A stretch of DNA of 32,000 nucleotides from Caedibacter taeniospiralis (GTDB taxonomy: Bacteria > Pseudomonadota > Gammaproteobacteria > Francisellales > Francisellaceae). Of this stretch, positions 17,679-26,930 are shown piece by piece (the first letter of the stretch is position 1; each line of letters starts with the position of its first letter). The stretch lies in NCBI RefSeq assembly GCF_002803295.2, contig NZ_PGGB02000008.1, positions 1 to 32,000 on the forward strand, written 5' to 3'. Made by a program: the position numbers and the translations under genes. The notes beneath the pieces are model-generated. The model was not told the DNA's origin and did not search any database. It saw only the letters and a list, made by a program, of their open reading frames with translations.

Positions 17679-20381
17679 TTAAGCTAAAGCGCCATGACAT
17701 TGTTTGTATTTCTTACCAGAACCACAAGGGCATGGATCATTCCGCTTAACCTTTGCTGTATCGCGTACAAATGGTTGATGTGCAGAGAGTGCCTTTTCTT
17801 CCTCCTCACTGGATGAGGCACTACCACTTAAAACATCTTCATGCTGTGCTTCGATGTTTCTAATGGAATTTTTCCATTCTTCTTCCATTCGTTGAGCTTC
17901 TTCTGGCGCTTGAATTCTAATTTTTGCCAAATTGGAAATGACTTCATATTTAAAGTTATCCAGCATGCTTGAGAACAACGCAAAGGATTCTTTTTTATAT
18001 TCATTTTTTGGATCTTTCTGCGCATATCCTCGCAGATTAATACTGTTGCGCAGGTGATCCATCGCATTTAGATGCTCCCGCCAATGGGTATCCAGTGCCT
18101 GCATTAAACTGATTTTTTCAAACTGTCTGATTGATTTCTCATCTAGCTTTTCGGTTTTCTGCTGATATTCATCCACAATCGACTTGATAACAATTTCTTT
18201 TAGGCGTCCTTCATGCAAATGATCATCCTCTCCTAGCAGCTTCTGCAAGTTCAATGAAATCGCAAAGTCTCCCAGCAATGCTTTTTCCAAGCCTTCCAGA
18301 TCCCACTGCTCTTCCATAGAACCCGCAGGAACATGATCATGAAACAGTTTCTCTGCCACATCGTAACGCATGTTATTAATGATTTCAGAAACATCATCCC
18401 GACCCAACAGCTCTTCTCGCTGCTTGTAGATAACCAGACGCTGCTCGTTCGCCACATTATCATATTCAAGTAAGTTTTTACGAATATCAAAATGATACTG
18501 CTCAACTTTAGCCTGTGCTTTGGCAATAAATCGCGTCATCATTCCAAACTGGATTGACTCACCACCAGATAACGCTTTCTTCATGCGATTTGCTAAAGTC
18601 TCAGAAGCAAAAATCCGTAAGAGATTATCATCCATCGACAAATAAAAACGACTCTCCCCTGGATCACCCTGGCGAGCCGCGCGCCCTCTTAACTGGTTAT
18701 CCACACGACGGGAATCATGACGCTCAGAACCTAAAATACATAGCCCACCCGCTTCAATGACCTGTTGGTTACGCTTTTTCCATGCAGCTTTTATCTCATC
18801 GATTTGCGTTTGCGCTGGCTCTTCAAGCGCTGCGATTTCCGCCTCCCAATTTCCCCCTAGAATAATATCCGTACCACGACCTGCCATGTTGGTTGCGATA
18901 GTCACATTCCCAGGATATCCTGCCTGAGCAATAATCGCAGCTTCACGGGCATGCTGTTTTGCGTTTAATACCTCATGATTGATTTTTTTCTTTCGCAACA
19001 GTGTTGACAAAATCTCCGAAGTCTCAATCGATGCGGTCCCAACGAGTATTGGCTGACCTTTTTCGACACGCTCCTTAATATCCTCAACGATTGCCAAAAA
19101 TTTATCTTTCTGATCCCCAAAAATGCAATCATGATGATCCTGGCGTTGCGATGGTCTATTAGTGGGAATCACAACCACTTCTAAACCGTAGATTTCATGA
19201 AACTCAAACGCCTCGGTATCTGCCGTTCCCGTCATCCCTGATAACTTATTGTAAAGCTTAAAGAAATTTTGAAATGTGATGGATGCCAGGGTCTGGTTTT
19301 CCCCTTGAATTCTTACCCCTTCTTTAGCCTCAATCGCTTGATGCAAACCATCTGACCAGCGCCGCCCCTCCATTGCGCGCCCAGTGTTTTCATCAATAAT
19401 AATCACTTCCTGGTCACGAATAATGTAATCAACATTCTTTTGATATAAACTTCGTGCACGTAGGCACGCATTTAAGTAGTGCATTTTTGTTACATGTTGC
19501 GGTGAATATAAGTTATCCCCCTCATTAAGTACCCCTTCTTTGATCAGGGATTCCTCGATTTTTGTGTGACCTTCATCGGTCAAATAAGCCTGTTTTGACT
19601 TTTCATCCAGATAAAAATCACCATTACCTGCCTCCTTATCGGACTGTTTTACCAGGGTTGGAACTAAGCGATTAAAAAGCAGATACATATCCGAACTATC
19701 TTCAGAGGCGCCAGAAATAATAAGCGGAGTTCTTGCTTCATCGATCAAGATGGAATCTAATTCATCAATAACCACGAAATTGCGACTTCTTTGCACCTGC
19801 TCTGCTTTGCTAAATGCCATATTATCGCGCAGGTAATCAAAGCCAAATTCGTTGTTAGTACCATACGTAATGTCACAAGCATATGCAGCTCGGCGCTGAT
19901 CAGGGGATAAATTAGCAATAATGACACCTGTTGTCATTCCCAAAAAGCCATAAATTTGTCCCATAATTTCGGCATCACGTGATGCCAGATAATCGTTCAC
20001 CGTAATAACGTGTACCCCTTTGCCCGTCAAGGCATTCAGATAAACAGGTAAAGTTGCTACCAGCGTTTTACCTTCACCTGTGCGCATCTCAGCAATTTTC
20101 CCAGAATGCAGCACCATCCCCCCAATAAGCTGCACATCATAGTGACGCATACCCTTGACACGCTTTGCCGCCTCTCTGACCACAGCAAAAGCTTCTGGCA
20201 GCAGCTGATCCACGGTTGACCCATTATTTAAACGTTCCTTGAATTCGTCTGTTTTTGCTCTTAAGGCGTCATCACTTAGCTTCTCAACTTCAGGTTCCAG
20301 TTCGTTAATTTTATTGACTGTTTTTTGCATTTTTTTAATCAAGCGGTCATTGCGACTGCCAAATAGCTTTCTTATAATCAT
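17679..20381 (-). CDS. secA: preprotein translocase ATPase SecA
   Basis: The 900-aa protein starts [17 protein letters not shown]. It has [10 protein letters not shown] (Walker A), [21 protein letters not shown] (DEAD-like), and a C-terminal zinc finger [17 protein letters not shown] 20381 is preferred over the track start at 20411. Confidence 0.95.
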   Translation of the reverse strand: MIIRKLFGSRNDRLIKKMQKTVNKINELEPEVEKLSDDALRAKTDEFKERLNNGSTVDQLLPEAFAVVREAAKRVKGMRHYDVQLIGGMVLHSGKIAEMRTGEGKTLVATLPVYLNALTGKGVHVITVNDYLASRDAEIMGQIYGFLGMTTGVIIANLSPDQRRAAYACDITYGTNNEFGFDYLRDNMAFSKAEQVQRSRNFVVIDELDSILIDEARTPLIISGASEDSSDMYLLFNRLVPTLVKQSDKEAGNGDFYLDEKSKQAYLTDEGHTKIEESLIKEGVLNEGDNLYSPQHVTKMHYLNACLRARSLYQKNVDYIIRDQEVIIIDENTGRAMEGRRWSDGLHQAIEAKEGVRIQGENQTLASITFQNFFKLYNKLSGMTGTADTEAFEFHEIYGLEVVVIPTNRPSQRQDHHDCIFGDQKDKFLAIVEDIKERVEKGQPILVGTASIETSEILSTLLRKKKINHEVLNAKQHAREAAIIAQAGYPGNVTIATNMAGRGTDIILGGNWEAEIAALEEPAQTQIDEIKAAWKKRNQQVIEAGGLCILGSERHDSRRVDNQLRGRAARQGDPGESRFYLSMDDNLLRIFASETLANRMKKALSGGESIQFGMMTRFIAKAQAKVEQYHFDIRKNLLEYDNVANEQRLVIYKQREELLGRDDVSEIINNMRYDVAEKLFHDHVPAGSMEEQWDLEGLEKALLGDFAISLNLQKLLGEDDHLHEGRLKEIVIKSIVDEYQQKTEKLDEKSIRQFEKISLMQALDTHWREHLNAMDHLRNSINLRGYAQKDPKNEYKKESFALFSSMLDNFKYEVISNLAKIRIQAPEEAQRMEEEWKNSIRNIEAQHEDVLSGSASSSEEEEKALSAHQPFVRDTAKVKRNDPCPCGSGKKYKQCHGALA

Positions 20382-20465
20382 CGATGTCTCAGATAGGGCT
20401 TTTCCACACAACTGGTTTTGGATTATACTTCAACTCACCCCATAACAAAAGCCAAGTGCATCAAA

Positions 20466-20912
20466 ATGATCCGCAGGTATAACACTTCAGTTAGCGCGCT
20501 TTTAAACAGTAAAAAGCCCTCACTTTTACGCACAATCAGAGAGCAGCATGAAGCAGCGACAACGACTCAGCAAAAGCTCTTAAACTTTAAGATCCCCTAT
20601 TTTAATCATACTAAAGTGTGCTTTTTTAATGGGACTAAACTCGTTTTAAAAACAGAAATCCCTGAGCTTATTGCTAAGTTTCGTGAGTTAAAAAAAGACC
20701 TTGTTGCGCTTCTTAACACCAGTGAATATTTTACTAATCTGCGCACACTTGAGCTTATTCTCGTCTTTGAACCAAAAGTCAAAACAACTGAAAATACGCA
20801 ACATTTCCCCGAGCAAGCACATCTTGCCTTTAAAAACCTGGCAAACACACTCGAAGATGATCCGATCAAAGAGGCTATTCATAACCTACTGCAAAAGCAT
20901 AATGAAAACTGA
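20466..20912 (+). CDS. hypothetical protein, possibly DUF721/DciA-like
   Basis: The gene is divergent from secA. A central segment VCFFNGTKLVLKTEIPELIAKFRELKKDLVALLN vaguely fits the DUF721 pattern. This assignment is weak. ATG 20466 is preferred to TTG 20418. Confidence 0.3.
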   Translation: MIRRYNTSVSALLNSKKPSLLRTIREQHEAATTTQQKLLNFKIPYFNHTKVCFFNGTKLVLKTEIPELIAKFRELKKDLVALLNTSEYFTNLRTLELILVFEPKVKTTENTQHFPEQAHLAFKNLANTLEDDPIKEAIHNLLQKHNEN

Positions 20913-21570
20913 CTACCGTTACTTATTTTTTGATCTAGATGGCACACTTATTAACAGCCTCAGCGACATCACTTACGCGCTTAATAGAATGCGTGAGCAT
21001 TTCGATCTCCCACCCATCAGTGATAGCATTACTGCACGCATTATTGGTAAAGGCTTGCCGACCACTACCCAGAAGGTTTTAGCACTTGACTTGCCAGATG
21101 ATAAGGTCAGGCTTTATGCCAAAGATGCTTTACGACTTACCCTGGATAACTATGAGTCTGTTATGGGGCGCCATACCCACATTTACCCGGGCGTGATCAA
21201 TGCACTTCAATACTTTAGGAAGCAGGGAATTTCCATGGCCATTGTTACAAACAAAGAGCAGAACCACGCGCTTAAAACACTAAATCACCTTGATTTAGCC
21301 AGATATTTTGATTGTATTGTCGGCGGCGATACCACTGAGTTCTACAAGCCACATCCTGCGCCATTAGCCTATGCGCTTAAACAACTAAACGCCCACCTTC
21401 AGCAAAGCCTTATGATTGGAGACTCTGCTAATGATGCTTACTGTGCACAAGCACTCAACATGCCTTATGTCCTTATTAGCCATGGTTATGCAAACGGGGT
21501 TGATCTGCACTCACTGGGAGCATTACAGGTCATTGAAGATTTTAACGAGTTAAAACTTTTTCTTGGCTGA
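20902..21570 (+). CDS. gph: HAD-superfamily phosphatase, phosphoglycolate phosphatase-like
   Basis: MKTDYRYLFFDLDGTLINS (DxDGT motif I), VTNK (motif II region) and GDSANDAYCA (motif III/IV). ATG 20902 is preferred. The track's longer ORF from 20701 adds a non-homologous extension that overlaps the previous gene. Confidence 0.75.
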   Translation: MKTDYRYLFFDLDGTLINSLSDITYALNRMREHFDLPPISDSITARIIGKGLPTTTQKVLALDLPDDKVRLYAKDALRLTLDNYESVMGRHTHIYPGVINALQYFRKQGISMAIVTNKEQNHALKTLNHLDLARYFDCIVGGDTTEFYKPHPAPLAYALKQLNAHLQQSLMIGDSANDAYCAQALNMPYVLISHGYANGVDLHSLGALQVIEDFNELKLFLG

Positions 21571-21598
21571 AATAAAAAAGGCTACCCGAGGTAGCCTT
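21571..21598 (-). terminator. rho-independent terminator for the second fis gene
   Basis: On the minus strand, aaggctacc-tcg-ggtagcctt is followed by TTTTTTATT. It lies between the convergent gph-like and fis genes. Confidence 0.7.
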
Positions 21599-21620
21599 AA
21601 ATCACAGCTCATCGCCAGTG

Positions 21621-21908
21621 TTACAACATTCCATAATGAAATAATTTCTTACGGAACGTACCACGGTTAAGACCCAGAATTTTTGCTGCACGACTTTGAT
21701 TTCCTCCCGTGTATTCCATTGTCGCTTCAATCAAAGGCAACTCGACTTCAGCCATCACAAGCTCATACACATTCTGTGGTTTAGAACCTTGAGAAACCAT
21801 ATTTTTGTAATAAGTTGCAATGACCTCTTTGATGTGATCACGTAACGGTAAATCTTGTTGATGCACATCCGATTTATGTGCATTACCATAATGTATAGTC
21901 GCAGACAT
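21621..21908 (-). CDS. fis: Fis-family nucleoid-associated DNA-binding protein (paralogue 2)
   Basis: TGGNQSRAAKILGLNRGTFRKKLFHYG and LIEATM. ATG 21908 is preceded by GAGGAAAG. The track start at 21977 is probably too far upstream. Confidence 0.85.
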   Translation of the reverse strand: MSATIHYGNAHKSDVHQQDLPLRDHIKEVIATYYKNMVSQGSKPQNVYELVMAEVELPLIEATMEYTGGNQSRAAKILGLNRGTFRKKLFHYGML

Positions 21909-22124
21909 AATACTTTCCTCTTTTATCATTTTCGTTATTGAATTATAAAACGCACAGAACAAAAATTTCCCCATCAAATCATGTTCTGAGCACTGTTTTT
22001 ATTGATCTTGTCAATCAGCTGTGTATTATAAGGACAGCTAAATTTAAAAGCAAGCGCAATACTTGCTCAATAATTTAATAGACCACCTTCAGTATTGTTA
22101 ATAACCAATAAAAGAACCACATTC

Positions 22125-22547
22125 ATGACAGACATACCCATCAGAAAAACACTTTCTCTGAAAAGGAAAAAAAGCGCTGCGACCAACCCGTTGGAATCGC
22201 AAACAAAAGCCGAGCAACAAACGCTAGCGCAAAACACCCGTTCCGAGCATGGATTGCAAAAGCCAAAATGGAATTATCAAGAGCAGGAAGTCAGTTTCAG
22301 CACGCTGCAAGATAGTAAGCATCGAACTACCGATCATGTGAGTCTGCTAGCTAACCATGACAAGGTGCTTGCTGGCTTACAGCAAAAACGTGAAGCTTTT
22401 CTGAAGAAAATTGAAGTGCTCGAGCAGCGCTTGGTCTTCATCTCAAGTGAGCCACTAAAAATCGCCTGCAATGAGCTAAAGAAGCAGGATACGGAGATTC
22501 TGTGCCAGATCAATAACTACCTTATCAACAGGTTAGAGCGTAAATAA
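22125..22547 (+). CDS. hypothetical protein (basic N-terminus, coiled-coil-like C-terminus)
   Basis: An open frame of about 140 aa from ATG 22125 with no recognisable motif. Confidence 0.4.
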   Translation: MTDIPIRKTLSLKRKKSAATNPLESQTKAEQQTLAQNTRSEHGLQKPKWNYQEQEVSFSTLQDSKHRTTDHVSLLANHDKVLAGLQQKREAFLKKIEVLEQRLVFISSEPLKIACNELKKQDTEILCQINNYLINRLERK

Positions 22548-22588
22548 AGAATGGGTTCAAAAGATGTTTTAGGGCGTATGTAGTGCAC

Positions 22589-23308
22589 CTAAAACTTAAA
22601 ATTCCGCGTATGGTTGAAAATCTCCTTGATGCCCGTTTTTCCTAAGGCAAGCATGGCGTGAAAATCATTCTCTGAGAAAGGTTTACCTTCAGCAGTACCC
22701 TGAATTTCAACAATACCCCCCGTATGTGTCATTACAATATTCATATCCGTGTCTGCATCAGAATCCTCCGCATAATCCAGATCAAGCACTGCCACTTCTT
22801 TGTATATCCCGACAGAGACCGCAGCAACATGAGCCTGAATTGGCTTTGCATTGCCATCAATAAGCCCATTTTGTTGCATGTAGCTCACCGCATCTTCAAT
22901 CGCAAGGCTAGCTCCTGTAATGGCTGCTGTTCTTGTCCCTCCATCGGCTTGCAACACGTCACAATCCACTTTGATCGTAACACCTGGAAACTGAGACAAA
23001 TCGACCGCAGCCCTTAACGCACGACCGATCAGTCGCTGTATTTCTTGCGTTCTGCCTGACTGCTTACCTCTTGCAGCTTCTCTATCCATGCGTGAATGCG
23101 TTGAACGCGGCAGCATACCGTATTCTGCCGTCAACCATCCTTGTTTAGCATCTTTTAAAAACTTTGGCACTTCTTTTAATACCGATGCCGTGCAAAGCAC
23201 CTTGGTATCGCCAAAAGCCACTAACACAGAACCTTCTGCATGTTTGGTGAAGTTATGAATAATCGTCAATTGACGCATTTCATCGACTTTTCTCTGGCTT
23301 GGACGCAT
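22589..23308 (-). CDS. rph: ribonuclease PH
   Basis: [46 protein letters not shown] and [14 protein letters not shown] are canonical RNase PH motifs. The protein is 239 aa. Confidence 0.95.
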   Translation of the reverse strand: MRPSQRKVDEMRQLTIIHNFTKHAEGSVLVAFGDTKVLCTASVLKEVPKFLKDAKQGWLTAEYGMLPRSTHSRMDREAARGKQSGRTQEIQRLIGRALRAAVDLSQFPGVTIKVDCDVLQADGGTRTAAITGASLAIEDAVSYMQQNGLIDGNAKPIQAHVAAVSVGIYKEVAVLDLDYAEDSDADTDMNIVMTHTGGIVEIQGTAEGKPFSENDFHAMLALGKTGIKEIFNHTRNFKF

Positions 23309-23423
23309 ATTATTTCCTTTTCTTGGCTATTCGGCTTAACTAGTCGGTTTTATCACATATGATTTTTGCATTCGGCATATTCATCACTAAAGTCCCACGA
23401 TTTTTTCTCATAATGCTTTGTAC

Positions 23424-24437
23424 TCATTTTTTGGCTTTTACCTTTGGTAATTGATCAATGACTTTATCAAAATCACTTAACAGCTGATCGTCATGCTTTA
23501 TCTGCTTAGCATGAAATGTATCATAAGCTTGCTCTGCTAACTGCTTTGCCATTTGATGGGATATTTTCCCTGCATGCGTTAATATTTCACGATCGTTTAA
23601 GCCTAAAAAGCCATCTAGTTTTTTAATCCAATCCCGCATAGTCATCGGAATTCGTCGCATCGCTTGACCCTCTGCAAATACAAGATATTGCTCCACCAAA
23701 TTGTTTAACGCGGATAATTCTTCTTCATTCAGATAATTTTTAGCTATCGTCACATCTTGTTTGCGCGGCTTGTCACCTCTGAAATTAGTCAATCCCATAT
23801 TAGGTAAAGCGGGATTGGCTCGATCTTTGATAATTTCAGCAGCTGTCTTGCCTGTAATAGCCCAGTGAAATTTGTTCTGAACGGTTTTAAAAAAGGTGAT
23901 ACTCGTTTCAAGTGTTGGATCATAATCAACACTGGTAGCGTATATATCCGTTATTTTTTGATAAAACCGCTTTTCGGATGTGCGAATATCTTGGATACGC
24001 CTTAGCAACTCATCAAAATAATCAAAAGGCTGATCAGGATTTTTTAAACGCTCATCATCTAACACAAAGCCCTTAATAATATATTCTTTTAACTGCTTAG
24101 TTGCCCACTGGCGAAAACGCGTTGCAACATGCGACCTAACCCGATAACCGACCGAGATAATTATGTCCAAGTTATAATAATCAACGGCTCTACTTACCTG
24201 TCTCTCACCCTCAAATTGAACTGTTCGGAATTTCCGAACAGTTGAAATTTGGTCAAGCTCACCTTCTTGATAGATATGTTTAATATGTTCGCTAATAGTT
24301 GATTTTGCAACCTGAAATAACTCCGCCATGCTTTTTTGAGTGAGCCAAACGGTTTCATCTTGCAATTGTACTTCTATTTTGGTTTTACCTGCCTCAGTCT
24401 GATAGATAATAAATTGAGATTGATTTTCAATCGACAT
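23424..24437 (-). CDS. rhuM: RhuM-family protein (virulence/R-M-island associated DNA-binding protein)
   Basis: IIYQTEAGKTKIEVQLQDETVWLTQKSMAELFQV.KSTISEHIKHIY.EGEL, YYNLDIIISVGYRVRSHVATRFRQWAT and FVLDDERLKNP are the typical RhuM signature. ATG 24437 is preferred. Confidence 0.8.
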   Translation of the reverse strand: MSIENQSQFIIYQTEAGKTKIEVQLQDETVWLTQKSMAELFQVAKSTISEHIKHIYQEGELDQISTVRKFRTVQFEGERQVSRAVDYYNLDIIISVGYRVRSHVATRFRQWATKQLKEYIIKGFVLDDERLKNPDQPFDYFDELLRRIQDIRTSEKRFYQKITDIYATSVDYDPTLETSITFFKTVQNKFHWAITGKTAAEIIKDRANPALPNMGLTNFRGDKPRKQDVTIAKNYLNEEELSALNNLVEQYLVFAEGQAMRRIPMTMRDWIKKLDGFLGLNDREILTHAGKISHQMAKQLAEQAYDTFHAKQIKHDDQLLSDFDKVIDQLPKVKAKK

Positions 24438-24538
24438 CACATACACTCCCTTACGTCAACTTTGCCTGTGACTACCGCGGTGATTAAGGCCACGCGTTTT
24501 TCTTTCAGTAGTTTAATCGCCTGTTCTGCCTCGCCATT
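24437..24538 (-). pseudogene. remnant of the 3' end of a type I restriction-modification specificity gene (hsdS)
   Basis: The minus-strand translation NGEAEQAIKLLKEKRVALITAVVTGKVDVRECM* matches the conserved HsdS C-terminal helix (LL.E.R.ALI.AAVTGKIDVR). A stop lies immediately upstream, so only about 33 codons survive. Its TGA shares one nucleotide with the rhuM ATG (ATGTGATG). Confidence 0.5.
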
Positions 24539-24805
24539 TTAGCGGTTAATCTAAACTGTGCCATTGAAGCCTCCTTAAAAAAACGCAAAAGCCGCTAAAG
24601 TGTGCGTGAATCAGAGGCATAGCGGCTATATTGCCCCTGAGTGTATTCGTAAGGATCCGAAAATGCAAGCACCTCATGAGTGCACCTCACCCAAAAGTTC
24701 TAATATTTCTTTGGTAACTGCATCTAACTTCTGCGTCAATTTCTACTAACGCCCGTGGTGGTTTATATTCATAAAAGTGGCGACTAAGTCGAACTCACGT
24801 GTGTT

Positions 24806-25492
24806 TTAAAGCTCTTCAACCAGAGCCAAAATAAGGTCTGCTGATCTTTTTGCCGCCATATCAACAAACCTGGGGAAATCATTCACGGCTTGACCATCAG
24901 CGGTATCAGAGATAGCGCGCAAAATCAGGCAAGGTACATTAAGCTCATGGCACGCTAAATTAACACTACCGCCTTCCATTTCAATCGCGTGCGCATCAAA
25001 CTGTTCCATAATTGCCCGTTTGGTCTGTGCGCTATGAATGAACTGATCACCTGTCGCGATAATCCCCTCTTTGAGTGGAAGATCCATTTTTATAGCCACG
25101 ACTTTAAGCTTTGACTTCAGAAGCTGACAAGTTTCAGTAAAAATCTTACTCCCCGGAACCTCCCCTTTCAACCGTCCAAACGCTGTAATATCAATATCAT
25201 GCTGCACCGTTTGCGTGGCAACAACTAAATCACCAACACAAATGTTATCTGAAACACCTCCAGCCACACCTGAAAAAAATAATGCTTTCACCCCAAAGTG
25301 CTCAATCATTACCATTGCAGTGAGCGTTGAAAACACCTTACCAATTTTACTACAGGCAACCACTAAATCGTGCCCTTTATATGAGGCCAGATAATACTTA
25401 TTATTGGCGTACTCCTTTATTTCATAGGGTTTGATAACCTCAAGAATTGGCGCAATTTCCCTCTCCATCGCGCCCAAAATTGCAATTTTCAT
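24806..25492 (-). CDS. mtnN: 5'-methylthioadenosine/S-adenosylhomocysteine nucleosidase
   Basis: MKIAILGAMEREI, SGVAGG, IEMEGGSV and RAISDTAD are Pfs/MtnN family motifs. The protein is 228 aa. Confidence 0.85.
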   Translation of the reverse strand: MKIAILGAMEREIAPILEVIKPYEIKEYANNKYYLASYKGHDLVVACSKIGKVFSTLTAMVMIEHFGVKALFFSGVAGGVSDNICVGDLVVATQTVQHDIDITAFGRLKGEVPGSKIFTETCQLLKSKLKVVAIKMDLPLKEGIIATGDQFIHSAQTKRAIMEQFDAHAIEMEGGSVNLACHELNVPCLILRAISDTADGQAVNDFPRFVDMAAKRSADLILALVEEL

Positions 25493-25661
25493 TGTTATTT
25501 ACCATCATACATCTATCCGTAGTAATGGCGCACACTATACGTAAAACAATCCAAGTTGACTATAACCAAACTAAAACTTTCAATATAATCAAGCAAATAT
25601 CACTAGCCTGCAAAAAACAGGATTGGTAGACTGAGTAACGCCATTCACAACGAAGCTATTA

Positions 25662-26921
25662 ATGAAGATGTTAAATAAAAACCAACGTAAAACACTTCTA
25701 CTGTCAAGCCTTGGCGGCATGCTTGAGTTTTATGATTTTATTATCTATGCCCTGCTTGCCAGCTATATCTCAGCGCTTTTTTTCCCAGCATACTCGGCGA
25801 TTAATTCACTTTTAATTGCCTTTAGCGCCTATGCAGTTGGCTACCTTGTCCGCCCCTTTGGTGGCATTATTTTCGGACATTTTGGCGATAAACATGGTCG
25901 TAAAAAGACTTTTACGATTTCAATTCTAATCATGGCAATCTCAACTTTCTTAATCGGGGTTTTACCTACTTTCCAATCTGTTGGGATGTTAGCCCCCATT
26001 TTGCTGGTTATTTGCCGCGTTGCGCAAGGCTTCTCGGTGGGCGGTGAAATCCCAGGAGCCATCACTTATGTCAGTGAATCAGCTCCCAAACGCAAGGGTT
26101 TTATGACAGGTGTCGTTTTCTGTTTTTTGACAGCAGGGGTTGCTGTTGGATTTATTGTTGAGGCAGTGCTATTACAGTTTTTCAGTCACGAACAGATGCT
26201 GGCTTATGCCTGGCGCATCCCATTCATTCTAGGCGGCATATTTGGCTTTATCGCTTACTACTTACGCAAACAATTGATGGAAATAGAGGACTTCAAACCC
26301 TTCATGCAAAACGAATTTTCATTACCGCTGACAAAGGTTTTATTAACCCATCGCTGGAATCTCGTCTATGCGACAATTGTTGTTTCATTTGGCGCTCTGT
26401 GTTTTGTGACCCTGTTTTTGCTGTTGCCTGCTTATTTTGGCACTATTTTACAACTCCAATTGAAAAACTTTGTGTGGATTAACAGCCTGGGAGTCATTCT
26501 TCTTTCAGTCTTCTGCATTATCGTCGGTTTTCTTGCCGATAAAATCAGTCGATCAATCATTCTTATTGTTAGCGTCATCGTGGCGATTTTTGGAAGCTTT
26601 ATCATCTATCATATCTATGTTGATCACCAGAATATTTATTTTATCGCTCTTGTTTTAAGTGCCATACTAGGGGCGCTTTGCTGGGGAAGTATTCCTGCGA
26701 TTTTAATTGACCTGTTTCAACAAGATGTGCGTTATAGCGGCATTGGTTTTGCCTACAATTTGGGATTTGCGGTTTTTGGTGGATTAACACCAGTGATTGT
26801 CATCGGCACCATTAAAGCAACCGCCAATCCAATGGCCCCTGCCTATGTGCTTGGTATTGGGGCTATCATAATCTTAACAGCCATTTTTCTAAATCGCATT
26901 ATCACATATAAAAACCGCTAA
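25662..26921 (+). CDS. MFS transporter, metabolite:H+ symporter (ProP/KgtP-like) family
   Basis: About 12 hydrophobic segments, LEFYDF near the N-terminus, and GHFGDKHGRKKTF (the MFS loop 2-3 motif typical of the MHS family). Confidence 0.85.
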   Translation: MKMLNKNQRKTLLLSSLGGMLEFYDFIIYALLASYISALFFPAYSAINSLLIAFSAYAVGYLVRPFGGIIFGHFGDKHGRKKTFTISILIMAISTFLIGVLPTFQSVGMLAPILLVICRVAQGFSVGGEIPGAITYVSESAPKRKGFMTGVVFCFLTAGVAVGFIVEAVLLQFFSHEQMLAYAWRIPFILGGIFGFIAYYLRKQLMEIEDFKPFMQNEFSLPLTKVLLTHRWNLVYATIVVSFGALCFVTLFLLLPAYFGTILQLQLKNFVWINSLGVILLSVFCIIVGFLADKISRSIILIVSVIVAIFGSFIIYHIYVDHQNIYFIALVLSAILGALCWGSIPAILIDLFQQDVRYSGIGFAYNLGFAVFGGLTPVIVIGTIKATANPMAPAYVLGIGAIIILTAIFLNRIITYKNR

Positions 26922-26930
26922 GTATCGTCA

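Noticed and set aside
20701-20901. 67-codon N-terminal extension of the HAD phosphatase ORF
   Set aside because: The extension overlaps the upstream DUF721-like gene in another frame and has no HAD similarity. The conserved DxDGT motif begins 9 residues after ATG 20902.
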